A stretch of DNA of 64,000 bases from Clostridia bacterium (GTDB taxonomy: Bacteria; Bacillota; Clostridia; Oscillospirales; CAG-272). Shown in pieces: positions 27,102 through 37,371 of the stretch. Under the pieces are notes generated by a model that did not search any database, was not told the DNA's origin, and worked only from the letters and a program-made list of their open reading frames with translations. Position numbers and translations under genes: made by a program. The stretch lies in NCBI GenBank assembly GCA_017621655.1, contig JAGASS010000027.1:1719-65718 (forward strand), written 5' to 3'. Positions within the stretch are counted from its first letter, which is position 1; each line of letters begins with the position of its first letter.

Positions 27102-28808
27102 TTAATTAATTTGATAGCTCAGCTCGTGGGGATCGAATGTGAGCGAAATGCTCTCATTTTCGAGCGAGCGCGTGACGGTGACGGTGTCACCATCGAGGGT
27201 GATTGAGAGAGCGCCCTCCCTAAGTGCGGGGGTGGTATTGCGGAGCGAGGCAAGGTATTTATAGTGTGCCGTCAGCTCGTCAGCATTTTCGGTCGGGCAG
27301 AAATAGCCGCGGTTAAAGGGGTCGCTTCCGCCCGTCATTCCGACCTCGTCGCCATAGTATATGCTCGGCATTCCGGGCAGGAAAAACTGTATTGTAGACG
27401 CGAGCTTAAGTGCCTTGACTGTGTCATTGATCTCTCTGCCAAGCTCTGTGAGGATTCTCGTCGTATCGTGGCTTGAGAGAAAGGTCATTGAACAGTTTAG
27501 CGCGTCGAACGGGTAATTTTCATAGAGATGCTCGATAATTGATCTGAATTCAATCGCGCAGATGCGTCCGCAGAGGAGATTGATTATTGCGTCTCTGAAC
27601 GGATAATTCATAACTCCGTCAAGCTCTCCGCCGCTGAAATACTTACGTCTTACGTCGTAGGAGATCTTATTCGACGCGTCCTCCCAAACCTCACCGATAA
27701 CGATAGCGTTCGGATCGATCTCCTTTACGCGCTTACGCAGAAGCGCGATGAAGCCGTCGGGCAGCTCGTCTGCGACGTCGAGACGGAAGCCGCTTGCACC
27801 CAGCTTGAGCCAATGCGCCACCACGCTGTCCTTATCTCTAATAATAAGGTCAAGGAAGCCGTCGCACATCTCGTTCACGCACGGAAGCGTGTCTATATCC
27901 CACCATGACGTATATTTACTCGGGTATTTTTTGAAGTCAAACCACGAACGGTATGGCGAATTTGGATCACTTACTGCTCCGCCGCCGAAAACGCCCTCGC
28001 GGTCGAAATATTTACTGTCACTTCCAACGTGCGAGAAAACGCCGTCGAGAATTATCTTGATTCCCTGCTCCTTTGCCGAACTGCAAAGCGAGACGAAGTC
28101 TTCCTCCGTACCGAGCATAGGATCAATACGCATATAGTCCGCGGTATCGTAGCGGTGATTCGAGAAAGCCATAAATATCGGGTTCAGATATATGACGCCA
28201 ACGCCGAGTGAACGTAAATACGGCAGCTTTTCCTCGATTCCGCGCAGGTTTCCGCCGTAGAAGTCGGTGTTCCAGAAGCCGTGCTCGTCGGGTCCCTTCA
28301 TTGGCGGCTCGGTAATGTCCTTATGTACCGTGAACGGCTTGAGCTTATCGGTCAGGTCGCACTCACCGCTTTTGTGGAAGCGGTCGGGGAATATCTGATA
28401 CATGACCTTACCGCCGAAGCCATCGGGAACCTTATAATCCCTCGGCAAGACGGTGAGCTGCCATTTTTCGCCGTCCTCGATATTCGTATCATGGTCACAG
28501 TAGCGGAAAAGTCGGAACGATCCGCACTCCTTACGGACTACGAAATAATAGAAATACAGCCCCTCTTCGTTCAGCGAAAAATCGCCCGAAAAGCGTCTGT
28601 ATTCATCCTCATTGCAGATAGAACCAAGGGGGACGGTCAGAGTTTGACCGCCCTCCTGTTCAATAATGATCTTTACCTCTATCGCTCCCGTGCTTTTCGG
28701 CACCGAGATCGAAACGCGGCAATTTTCATCTGCCACTATACACCCGAAGGGTGATTTGTGTTCTTTTTTTGCGCTGTCGTACAAAATGCGCAGGGGGTAA
28801 TTACTCAT
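27102..28808 (-). CDS. GH13 alpha-glycosidase (neopullulanase/cyclomaltodextrinase-like)
   Basis: GH13 regions GVIYLNPIF, GFRLDVADEL, GEVWED and FLSSHDT, with an N-terminal beta-sandwich domain. Confidence 0.85.
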   Translation of the reverse strand: MSNYPLRILYDSAKKEHKSPFGCIVADENCRVSISVPKSTGAIEVKIIIEQEGGQTLTVPLGSICNEDEYRRFSGDFSLNEEGLYFYYFVVRKECGSFRLFRYCDHDTNIEDGEKWQLTVLPRDYKVPDGFGGKVMYQIFPDRFHKSGECDLTDKLKPFTVHKDITEPPMKGPDEHGFWNTDFYGGNLRGIEEKLPYLRSLGVGVIYLNPIFMAFSNHRYDTADYMRIDPMLGTEEDFVSLCSSAKEQGIKIILDGVFSHVGSDSKYFDREGVFGGGAVSDPNSPYRSWFDFKKYPSKYTSWWDIDTLPCVNEMCDGFLDLIIRDKDSVVAHWLKLGASGFRLDVADELPDGFIALLRKRVKEIDPNAIVIGEVWEDASNKISYDVRRKYFSGGELDGVMNYPFRDAIINLLCGRICAIEFRSIIEHLYENYPFDALNCSMTFLSSHDTTRILTELGREINDTVKALKLASTIQFFLPGMPSIYYGDEVGMTGGSDPFNRGYFCPTENADELTAHYKYLASLRNTTPALREGALSITLDGDTVTVTRSLENESISLTFDPHELSYQIN

Positions 28809-31207
28809 TTAAGATACCAGATATTATCTGCGTACTCCTTGACTGCTCTGTCGGCAGAGAAGATTCCTGCCTTTGCGATATTGACAAGCGATTTCTTCGC
28901 GAACTCGCGGCGGTCGCCGTAAGCAACGGAGATGTCGTTCTGCGCTCTTACGTAGTCGCCGAAGTCTGCAAACGACATATAAGCATCTGCAGGACCGTAG
29001 TTACCGCGGAGAAGCGCGTAAACGATGTCATCGAAGCGCTCGCCGTTGATTCCGTTCATAAGGAGATCGAGCACTGCCTTAAGATCGGGGTTAGACGCAA
29101 CGTAATCCATAGGATTGTATCCGCGTCTCCAAAGCTCCTCGACCTCGTGTGCCTTAAGACCGAAGAGGAACATATTTTGTTCACCCACCTGCTCGTAGAT
29201 CTCTACGTTTGCGCCGTCGAGAGTACCGAGGGTAACTGCACCGTTGATCATAAGCTTCATGTTACCCGTTCCCGACGCTTCCTTACCTGCAATAGAGATC
29301 TGCTCGGAGATATCGGCTGCGGGAATGATTATCTCGGCAAGGGATACTCTGTAGTCCTCAATAAATACTACACGGAGACGGTCACGCGAAACGGGATCGT
29401 TCTTGAGCATTTCTGAAACCGCGCAAATGAGGCGGATAATCTGCTTCGCCATAAGGTAACCTGCAGACGCCTTTGCCGCAAACACGAAGGTGCGCGGACG
29501 GAATTCCATATTCGGATTATTCTTGAGGGTAATATACATATGAAGTATCTGCAGGACGTTAAGAAGCTGTCTCTTATACTCATGCAGACGCTTGATCTGA
29601 ATGTCAAAGATCGATGTCGGGTCGACGTTCACGCCGTTTGCCTCCGCGATATAGGAGGAGAGGCGCTTCTTATTATCGAGCTTGATAGCATTGAGGCGGT
29701 CGAGAACGCTCTCGTCGTCATAATACTTAAGAAGCTTCTCAAGGTGAACGCTATCGTGCTTGAAGCCGTCGCCGATAAGCTCGGAAAGAAGCGAAGTAAG
29801 ACCTGGGTTCGACTGGCAGAGCCAACGGCGGTATGCGATACCGTTCGTTACGTTCGTAAATCTACTCTCATCCATTACGCAGTAATCGCGGAAGAGCGAT
29901 TCCTTAAGGATCGAGGAATGGAGCTTAGAAACGCCGTTTATCTTATGGCAAGCGGCAAGGCAGAGGTTCGCCATACGAACTTCGCCGCCTGCGATAACTG
30001 CCATATAGTCAAGCTTTGCGCGGTCGTCTCCGTAGAATGCGCGGAGATTTATGAGCAGACGGCGGTTGATCTCCTGCGTTATCTGATAGATACGCGGCAT
30101 CTGCTCGGAATAGAGCTGCTCGCTCCATCTTTCAAGCGCCTCGCTCATAACGGTATGGTTAGTGTAGGAAAGGGTGCGGCAGGTGATGTCCCACGCCTTA
30201 TCCCAGTCGAGCTCGTGCTCGTCGATGAGCAATCTCATAAGCTCCGGAACACAGAGTGCGGGGTGAGTATCGTTAATATGAACTGCGACCTTTTCGGGAA
30301 GCTGCTCCAAGGTATGACCGCGGCGAAGGTGGTCGCGGATTATCGTCTGAAGCGAAGCAGACACGAAGAAGTACTGCTGACGCAGACGCAGACGCTTACC
30401 CTGAATATGGTTATCGGCAGGATAGAGGACCTTTGAAATGACCTCTGCCATTGTTTCCTGCTCGAGTGCCTTTGCGTATTCTCCTCTTGAGAAAGCGGAC
30501 ATATCGAAGCTGTTAGGCGATTTTGCTTCCCAAAGGGTAAGCTTATTTACTGCCTTGCTGTCGTATCCCGAGATATACATATCGTAAGGAATTGCCATTA
30601 CGATCTGATAATCGCGGTGGTCAACGCGGTACTTGCCGTCTGCATCTATTCGTCCGACCGCCTCGCCTCCGAAGCGCACCTGTACTGCGTCATCGGTACG
30701 GGGATTGAGCCAAACGCCGCCGTTTCCGAGCCAATCGTCGGGGAATTCCATCTGCCAGCCGCCGACTATCTTCTGACGGAAGATGCCGAATTCGTACTTG
30801 ATAGAGAATCCTGTGCAGGAAATATCGAGAGATGATGCCGCGTCCATATAGCAGGATGCAAGGCGTCCGAGACCTCCGTTACCGAGACCTGCGTCGGGCT
30901 CGATGTCGTATAGAGTCTGAATGTCCTTGCCAGCACCCTTCAGGATCTTCTTCATCTGGTCTTCAATGCCGAGGTTGAAAAGGTTATTGCGAAGCGACGT
31001 TCCGACGAGGAACTCCATCGACATATAATAGACCTTCTTGTCTTCCTTGATTCCCTTGCGGAATTCGTGATTCTTCTCGACGAGAAGCTTGCGAACAGCG
31101 ATACATACCGAGCGGTATGCCTCAATGTTCGATGCGTCAGAAAGCGACGTGCCGAAATTCTGCAGGCAAGTCTCTTCTGTCCGTTTTCTTAAAAGTTCTG
31201 TGTTCAT
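28805..31207 (-). CDS. glgP: Glycogen/maltodextrin phosphorylase
   Basis: 800 aa, with GLGNGGLGRLA and the EASGTGNMKLMINGA PLP-lysine motif. Confidence 0.92.
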   Translation of the reverse strand: MNTELLRKRTEETCLQNFGTSLSDASNIEAYRSVCIAVRKLLVEKNHEFRKGIKEDKKVYYMSMEFLVGTSLRNNLFNLGIEDQMKKILKGAGKDIQTLYDIEPDAGLGNGGLGRLASCYMDAASSLDISCTGFSIKYEFGIFRQKIVGGWQMEFPDDWLGNGGVWLNPRTDDAVQVRFGGEAVGRIDADGKYRVDHRDYQIVMAIPYDMYISGYDSKAVNKLTLWEAKSPNSFDMSAFSRGEYAKALEQETMAEVISKVLYPADNHIQGKRLRLRQQYFFVSASLQTIIRDHLRRGHTLEQLPEKVAVHINDTHPALCVPELMRLLIDEHELDWDKAWDITCRTLSYTNHTVMSEALERWSEQLYSEQMPRIYQITQEINRRLLINLRAFYGDDRAKLDYMAVIAGGEVRMANLCLAACHKINGVSKLHSSILKESLFRDYCVMDESRFTNVTNGIAYRRWLCQSNPGLTSLLSELIGDGFKHDSVHLEKLLKYYDDESVLDRLNAIKLDNKKRLSSYIAEANGVNVDPTSIFDIQIKRLHEYKRQLLNVLQILHMYITLKNNPNMEFRPRTFVFAAKASAGYLMAKQIIRLICAVSEMLKNDPVSRDRLRVVFIEDYRVSLAEIIIPAADISEQISIAGKEASGTGNMKLMINGAVTLGTLDGANVEIYEQVGEQNMFLFGLKAHEVEELWRRGYNPMDYVASNPDLKAVLDLLMNGINGERFDDIVYALLRGNYGPADAYMSFADFGDYVRAQNDISVAYGDRREFAKKSLVNIAKAGIFSADRAVKEYADNIWYLK

Positions 31208-31290
31208 TGGTTTGTGGGTTTCCTTTTACTAAAATTTGCTTATATAATATAATTCTTACATTTATTATATTACACCGTTTTATACGGGCT

Positions 31291-31385
31291 GTCGAGGGCG
31301 CCAGCCCCTACCAAGCAGCTTTTAAAAGTTTCTCGGTAGGGGTCGGCGCCTACGACGACCCGCGGCTCCCCGAAACGGGGAGCCG
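31291..31385. repeat. Hairpin repeat (family A-like variant) inside the glgA-glgP spacer
   Basis: GGGCGCCAGCCCCTACC...GGTAGGGGTCGGCGCC arms plus the GGCTCCCCGAAACGGGGAGCC hairpin. Confidence 0.6.
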
Positions 31386-31389
31386 AAAT

Positions 31390-32826
31390 TTACATCTTAT
31401 TCCTATACACCTTAAGGTACTTCTTCACCGATACGTTCCAAGAAAAATCAGTCTTCATATTCTTGCGAACAAGGCGGTCAAAGCCCTTTTTGTCGTTACG
31501 GTAGAAGTCAACGCATCTTTCGACTGCGCGGAGCATCTCGTGCGCGTTATAGTCGACGAAGGTGAATCCGCGTCCGCTGCCGTCGGTCGGATCGTAAGCG
31601 GGAACGGTGTCACGGAGACCTCCCGTTTCTCTTACTATCGGTATAGTACCGTAGCGCATTGCAACCATCTGCGATAGACCGCACGGCTCGCTCTGCGAGG
31701 GCATAAGGAATATATCGGCACCGGCATAGATCGCGTTTGCGAGCTTCGGATCGAAGCGTATCTCTGCCGCCATTCTGCCCGGATACTTCTCTGCCGTCAT
31801 TCTCATTATATTCTCGTAAGCGTATTCGCCCGTACCTAGAATTACGACCTGTACTCCGAGCGCCATTATCTCGTTTATCACGCAGGCGACGAGGTCCATT
31901 CCCTTATGGCTGACGAGTCGCGTTATCATAGCGACTATCGGCGTATCCTTCTCGGGACGAAGACCTAAGGTCTCCTGAAGGAAGAGCTTATCCTTCTGTT
32001 TATCCTTGACAGCTTCAACAGTCGGACCGTAATTTGCGTAGAGCGCCTTATCGGTCTGCGGATTGAATACGTCCATATCAATACCGTTTACGATACCGAA
32101 AAGCTTATGAGAATTCTCACGAAGGATCGGAGAGAGACCGTGAGAATAATATTCCGTCAGTATCTCGCCCGCATAGCTCTCGGAAACGGTAGTAACCGCG
32201 TCGGAGAACACGATCGCGCCCTTCATAAGATTTATGCAGTCGCCGTAGGTGAGCAACGCTGCCGTATCGCTGTCAACTCCGACAACGTCGGAAGCGAAGC
32301 TCGACGGCATTTTTCCCTGATATTCGATATTATGTATCGTAAATACCGTTCTGACCTTATTGAATTTCGGGTAGAACTTGCGGAGGAATACGGGCGTAAG
32401 CGCCGTCTGCCAGTCGTTACAGTGAAGCACGTCGGGCGTGAAGCCGATAGAGATCATCGTCTCGATTACGGCGCGCGAGAAGAAGGCATAGCGCTCTCCG
32501 TCATCACCGTGACCGTATATCGGTCCGTCGCCGCGGCGGAAGTAATACTCGTTATCAACGAATATGTATTCGGGATTTTTACCCTCTCCCTCGCGGAAGA
32601 TTCCCGTATACTGGTTTCTCCACGAAAGCGGTGTCCGGGTCTGACCGTAATAGGTCAGGCCCGACATAAGCTTTTCATTTTCCTTTATTTTTCCGTAAAG
32701 CGGAAGTACGATCTTTACCTCGTGTCCGAGAGCCGCAAGCGCCGATGGCAACGCCTGACCGACGTCACCGAGACCTCCCGTTTTAATATACGGCGCCGCC
32801 TCGGAGGCGGTAAAAAGTATTTTCAT
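31390..32826 (-). CDS. glgA: Glycogen synthase (ADP-glucose type)
   Basis: MKILFTASEAAPYIKTGGLGDVGQALPSAL..., ...PSQSEPCGLSQM... Confidence 0.92.
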   Translation of the reverse strand: MKILFTASEAAPYIKTGGLGDVGQALPSALAALGHEVKIVLPLYGKIKENEKLMSGLTYYGQTRTPLSWRNQYTGIFREGEGKNPEYIFVDNEYYFRRGDGPIYGHGDDGERYAFFSRAVIETMISIGFTPDVLHCNDWQTALTPVFLRKFYPKFNKVRTVFTIHNIEYQGKMPSSFASDVVGVDSDTAALLTYGDCINLMKGAIVFSDAVTTVSESYAGEILTEYYSHGLSPILRENSHKLFGIVNGIDMDVFNPQTDKALYANYGPTVEAVKDKQKDKLFLQETLGLRPEKDTPIVAMITRLVSHKGMDLVACVINEIMALGVQVVILGTGEYAYENIMRMTAEKYPGRMAAEIRFDPKLANAIYAGADIFLMPSQSEPCGLSQMVAMRYGTIPIVRETGGLRDTVPAYDPTDGSGRGFTFVDYNAHEMLRAVERCVDFYRNDKKGFDRLVRKNMKTDFSWNVSVKKYLKVYRNKM

Positions 32827-33935
32827 ATAATTTCTCCCTTTTGGACTATCATCGGGCTAGTCTGCGCGCCGACGATACGGCGAAGACTGGAAATCGTCGC
32901 TTCCTTGTCTATTATCGCGTTTTCAACGACCGCACCTTCCTTGATGACGCAGCTTGCCATGATAACGCAGTTGCGAACGACTGCGTTCTTCTCGATAACG
33001 ACCTTACGGAAAAGCACGCTGTTATCTACCTTACCCTCGATGTGACATCCGTCTGCAACCGTACAGTCGGTCACCTCGGAGTTTTCACCGTAATAAGTCG
33101 GAACCTCGTCTCTTACCGTCGTATAAATAGGTCTTGACGGGCGGAAGATCGCGTTACGGACCTCCTCGTTTTTCATCGAAAGAGAGTTGTTGAAGTATTC
33201 CAGAATATTGCGGTTCTTCATAATAAGACCGTCGTGACAGTAAACGCCGACCGAAAGCTCGCCCTTATTGAATTCCTGCTGGAGGAAGTCACGCTCCAGA
33301 TGATAGAAGCCGCGCGATGCGAGTGCCGAAACCTTTTCGATAAGCAGCTCACGGGAGATGATATACATACCGATAGACGTATACTGTCCCTTGCGCGCCG
33401 CGTAATTGAGGTACATAGCTTTTACCTCGTCGCCGTCCTTGTCAAAGACTAGCTCGGAGATAGTGTTCTCGTTTTCGGTCGCCTCGGATACTACGATCGT
33501 TATATCCTTACCACTCTTTTCGTGCTGTCTTATTATCTTCTTGATGTCGATATTGCATATCGTATCGGTATCGGAAAGAACGACGAACTCGTCCTCGTGC
33601 TTCGAGAGGAACGGAAGTGCTGCACGAAGCTCCTCTATCTTTCCGCGGTAGCCGCCCGAGCTGCTCGATGCGAAGGGAGGAAGGATCGTAAGACCGCCTC
33701 TCTTGCGGTTGAGATCCCAGTCCTGACAGGAGCCGAGATGGTCGATAAGCGACTGATAGTTATACTTTGTGATAACTCCGATCCTTTCGATACCCGAGTT
33801 TACCATATTCGAAAGAACGAAGTCTATCTGGCGGTATCTTCCGCCGAACGGGAGCGATGCAACCGTACGGTTTCTCGTCAGATAATCAAGACCGTCGTTA
33901 TACATTCCGGAGAAAATAATTCCTGCTGCTTTCAT
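32823..33935 (-). CDS. glgD: Glucose-1-phosphate adenylyltransferase, GlgD subunit
   Basis: GIIFSGMYNDGLDYLTRNRTVASLPFGGRYRQIDFVLSNMVNSGI, lacking the GlgC GGxGxRL loop, followed by a left-handed beta-helix C-terminus. Confidence 0.88.
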   Translation of the reverse strand: MKAAGIIFSGMYNDGLDYLTRNRTVASLPFGGRYRQIDFVLSNMVNSGIERIGVITKYNYQSLIDHLGSCQDWDLNRKRGGLTILPPFASSSSGGYRGKIEELRAALPFLSKHEDEFVVLSDTDTICNIDIKKIIRQHEKSGKDITIVVSEATENENTISELVFDKDGDEVKAMYLNYAARKGQYTSIGMYIISRELLIEKVSALASRGFYHLERDFLQQEFNKGELSVGVYCHDGLIMKNRNILEYFNNSLSMKNEEVRNAIFRPSRPIYTTVRDEVPTYYGENSEVTDCTVADGCHIEGKVDNSVLFRKVVIEKNAVVRNCVIMASCVIKEGAVVENAIIDKEATISSLRRIVGAQTSPMIVQKGEII

Positions 33936-33952
33936 ACCGCTTTATCCCCCTC

Positions 33953-35140
33953 TCAATATACTGCCTTGGCGGCGATAACTTCGCCGTCGGGTACTGTTTT
34001 ATCGCTTCCGACAACGGCAACGCCCCATTCGGGCGAATCCGTCTTTTCCGCACCAACGTGTGCGCCCTTGCCGACGGTACATCTTTCGCCGACGATAGCG
34101 TATTCTACCGTTGCGCCGCTCTTAATTACCGAGTTAGGCATTATTACAGTATCGGTAACGACTGCGCCCTCCTCAATATAGCAGCCGGTCGAGATGACGG
34201 AGTTTTCAACTCTTCCCTTGATCACGCAGCCCTCTGCAATGTGAGAGTTCTTTACCACCGATCCCTTTACAATATTGGACGGCGGCTGTGCGTAGTTACG
34301 GCTGTATATCTTGAATTTCTTAGGCGCGTTTACGTTTATCGGATGGCTCGGGTCGAGCAGGTCCATATTTGCCTGCCAGAGCGAATCGAGCGTTCCGACG
34401 TCACGCCAATAGCCGTCGAAGGTATATGCGTAAAGACCTCTGCCGTCGTTAAGAAGCGCAGGGATGACGTTTTTACCGAAGTCATTACTCGAGGTCACGT
34501 CGTTCTCGTCGTCGATAAGGTACTGACGGAGCGTCTTCCAGGTGAATATGTACACGCCCATAGATGCGAGATTACTCTTCGGCACCTTCGGCTTTTCCTC
34601 AAACTCCGTGATGCGGTCTGTCTCGTCGGTGCTCATAATTCCCATTCTCGACGCTTCCTCGATCGGAACAGTACGAACTGCGATAGTACATTCAGCGTTC
34701 TTTTCCTTATGGAAGGAGAGCATCTTCGAGTAGTCCATCTTATAGATGTGGTCACCCGAGAGGATAAGAACGTACTCCGGATTATAGCGGTCTATGAAGT
34801 GAATATTCTGATAGATCGCGTTCGCGGTTCCCTTGTACCACGAATTGTCCTTCGTCTTCATATACGGCGGGAGAACGTGAACTCCGCCAAAGTTTCGGTT
34901 TAAGTCCCAGGGCTGACCGTTTCCGATGTAGTCGTTAAGCTCAAGGGGCTGGTACTGCGTTAAGATACCGACGGTGTCGATACCCGAGTTTACGCAGTTG
35001 GAAAGCGAATAGTCGATGATTCTGTACTTTCCTCCGAAGGGTACTGCGGGCTTTGCCGTGTTCTCGGTGAGAACGTAAAGGCGGCTGCCCTGGCCTCCTG
35101 CTAGAAGCATCGCGATACATTCCTTGCTTCTTACTGGCAT
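33953..35140 (-). CDS. glgC: Glucose-1-phosphate adenylyltransferase
   Basis: [45 protein letters not shown]. Confidence 0.93.
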   Translation of the reverse strand: MPVRSKECIAMLLAGGQGSRLYVLTENTAKPAVPFGGKYRIIDYSLSNCVNSGIDTVGILTQYQPLELNDYIGNGQPWDLNRNFGGVHVLPPYMKTKDNSWYKGTANAIYQNIHFIDRYNPEYVLILSGDHIYKMDYSKMLSFHKEKNAECTIAVRTVPIEEASRMGIMSTDETDRITEFEEKPKVPKSNLASMGVYIFTWKTLRQYLIDDENDVTSSNDFGKNVIPALLNDGRGLYAYTFDGYWRDVGTLDSLWQANMDLLDPSHPINVNAPKKFKIYSRNYAQPPSNIVKGSVVKNSHIAEGCVIKGRVENSVISTGCYIEEGAVVTDTVIMPNSVIKSGATVEYAIVGERCTVGKGAHVGAEKTDSPEWGVAVVGSDKTVPDGEVIAAKAVY

Positions 35141-35223
35141 TAAATAAACCTTCTTTCTTTTCCTCGCTAAACGAGATTGTTTTATAATTTGTCCGCGCTC
35201 TCGGCGGAGATAGGTCGGTGTTT

Positions 35224-35406
35224 TGCCTCCCTCCGGGAGGGAGGTGGCATTTGCAGAGCAAATGCCGGAGGGAGCCCGCGATGTAAATCATCTTGAAGAG
35301 TTGCCCATCTCTTCCAAGGCGGCTCCATAAAAATATGTTATTGAATGTCTTTCGCCCGGTGGCTCCTTCAGTCTGCTTCGCAGACAGCTCCCTCTCGGAG
35401 GGAGCC
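35224..35406. repeat. Intergenic repeat family B (multi-hairpin element) in the glgB-glgC spacer
   Basis: GCCTCCCTCCGGGAGGGAGGTGGCATTTGCAGAGCAAATGCC...CGCCCGGTGGCTCCTTCAGTCTGCTTCGCAGACAGCTCCCTCTCGGAGGGAGCC, homologous to 58364-58570. Confidence 0.8.
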
Positions 35407-35417
35407 ATAAAGTCGAA

Positions 35418-37250
35418 TCACTTTCTTATATACGTCATCTTATAAAAGCTTGCCGACATTGGCGGAATATCGAAGGATGCCGACTGATCGTGTCCGTCAA
35501 ACGGAATATCGTCGGTCTTTATCTTCTCACTTCCTCCGCCCGTCGTGAACACCTGCTTCAAAATACACTTTTTCGGTATTCCGATGCGGTAACCGGGACG
35601 GTGAACGGGGCAGAAATTGAACACTGCGATAAGCTCGTTTCCCTTTCTGTCTATACGTCGGAAAGCAAACACGCTGTTGTCGCGGTCATCGACCTTGAGC
35701 CACGAAAAGCCGTTCCAATCGTTATCGTTTTCCCATAGCGGCGGATTATTTAGGTAGAAGTGATTGAGCGCGCGGGTGAATCTCTGCATATCCGCGTGGC
35801 TTTCATAACCGAGCAAGAACCAGTCAAGCTCGCGCTTTTCGTCCCACTCGATAAACTGCCCAAACTCGCCGCCCATAAATAAGAGCTTTTTACCCGGATG
35901 CGCCATCAGGTAGGAATAAAGCACCTTAAGCGACGCGAACTTCGTTCCGTAGTCTCCCGGCATACGCCCGATAAGCGATAGCTTACCGTGTACGACCTCG
36001 TCGTGCGAGAACGGAAGAACGTGATTCTCCGAGAACGCGTACGTCAGCGAAAAGGTTATCTTATCGTGGTCATATTTTCTATATATCGGGTCTGCCGACA
36101 TATAGTCGAGGGTGTCGTGCATCCAGCCCATATTCCACTTGAAGCCGAAGCCGAGTCCTCCGTCATAATCCGGCTTTGTTACAAGCGGGAACGACGTTGC
36201 CTCCTCCGCTATCATCATAACGGCAGGATTCGTTTTGTACGCAACCGCGTTCATATCGCGAATCAGGCGCACCGCGTCGTGATTGACCGAATCGTACGGC
36301 TTTCGCCAGCAGTCGGGATCGCGCGCGTAATCTTTATATATCATATTTGTGACGGCGTCACAGCGAATACCGTCAACGTGATATTCCTTTATCCAATATC
36401 TGATATTCGAGATAAGGAACGCCCTTACCTCGTTTCTGCCGAAGTCAAAGAGGCGCGTTCCCCATTCGGGATGCTCGCGGCGGCTCGGATCGCGGTTTTC
36501 GTAGCAACAGCTGCCGTCGAATTCGTATAAACCGCATTCGTCCTTCGGGAAGTGCGCTCCGACCCAATCGATTATCACGCCGATCCCTGCCTGATGCAGA
36601 CGGTCGACAAGATACATAAAATCGTGCGGCGTGCCGTAACGCGAGGTCGGTGCATAGTAGCCCGTAACCTGATAGCCCCACGATCCGTCAAACGGATGCT
36701 CCGCAACGGGAAGAAACTCAACGTGAGTGTATCCCATATCGGTAAGGTACGGAACTAGATCATCGGCGAGCGCGCGGTAAGAATAGAAATTTCCGTCCTC
36801 ATACTTGCGCCAGGAGCCGAGGTGCATCTCGTATATATTGACGGGGGAATTAAGCGGATTCCGCCTCTTCGCCGCCCTCATATACTTGCCGTCGCCCCAT
36901 TCATAGCCCGAGAGGTCAAATACTCTTGATGCAGTTTCGGGGCGCGTACAGGTATGGAAACCGTAGGGGTCGGCTTTCATTACAAACGAGCCGTCGGGGC
37001 GTTCTATATAATATTTATATTCGTCGAACTGACTTGCCTGAACACGGCATTCGAAAAAGCCGCCGAGGTTATTCATTACGGGGGCGTTTCTATCCCAGCC
37101 GTTAAAGCGTCCGACAACTCTTACGCTCCTCGCTTCGGGCGCCCAGACGCGGAAAACGTAGGAATCTCCGTCACGGTGACAGCCGAGATACTCGTATGCA
37201 CAGTCACAGTATCCGTCCCATATCGCTCTTTTGTATTCTTCGTGCGTCAA
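35418..37250 (-). CDS. glgB: 1,4-alpha-glucan branching enzyme
   Basis: FRVWAPEARSVRVVGRFNGWD and GH13 regions (DWVGAHF, GIRCDAV, EEATSFP, FSHDEV). Confidence 0.92.
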   Translation of the reverse strand: MTHEEYKRAIWDGYCDCAYEYLGCHRDGDSYVFRVWAPEARSVRVVGRFNGWDRNAPVMNNLGGFFECRVQASQFDEYKYYIERPDGSFVMKADPYGFHTCTRPETASRVFDLSGYEWGDGKYMRAAKRRNPLNSPVNIYEMHLGSWRKYEDGNFYSYRALADDLVPYLTDMGYTHVEFLPVAEHPFDGSWGYQVTGYYAPTSRYGTPHDFMYLVDRLHQAGIGVIIDWVGAHFPKDECGLYEFDGSCCYENRDPSRREHPEWGTRLFDFGRNEVRAFLISNIRYWIKEYHVDGIRCDAVTNMIYKDYARDPDCWRKPYDSVNHDAVRLIRDMNAVAYKTNPAVMMIAEEATSFPLVTKPDYDGGLGFGFKWNMGWMHDTLDYMSADPIYRKYDHDKITFSLTYAFSENHVLPFSHDEVVHGKLSLIGRMPGDYGTKFASLKVLYSYLMAHPGKKLLFMGGEFGQFIEWDEKRELDWFLLGYESHADMQRFTRALNHFYLNNPPLWENDNDWNGFSWLKVDDRDNSVFAFRRIDRKGNELIAVFNFCPVHRPGYRIGIPKKCILKQVFTTGGGSEKIKTDDIPFDGHDQSASFDIPPMSASFYKMTYIRK

Positions 37251-37371
37251 AATATCTCCCCCAATAGCGTTATTATGAATAAATTATAACACGTTTAAGG
37301 CAAATTGTCAAACGAATTTAACGCAAATTATGTCAATATAAGCAAAAATATACAAATTTTCGTGAATTTTC

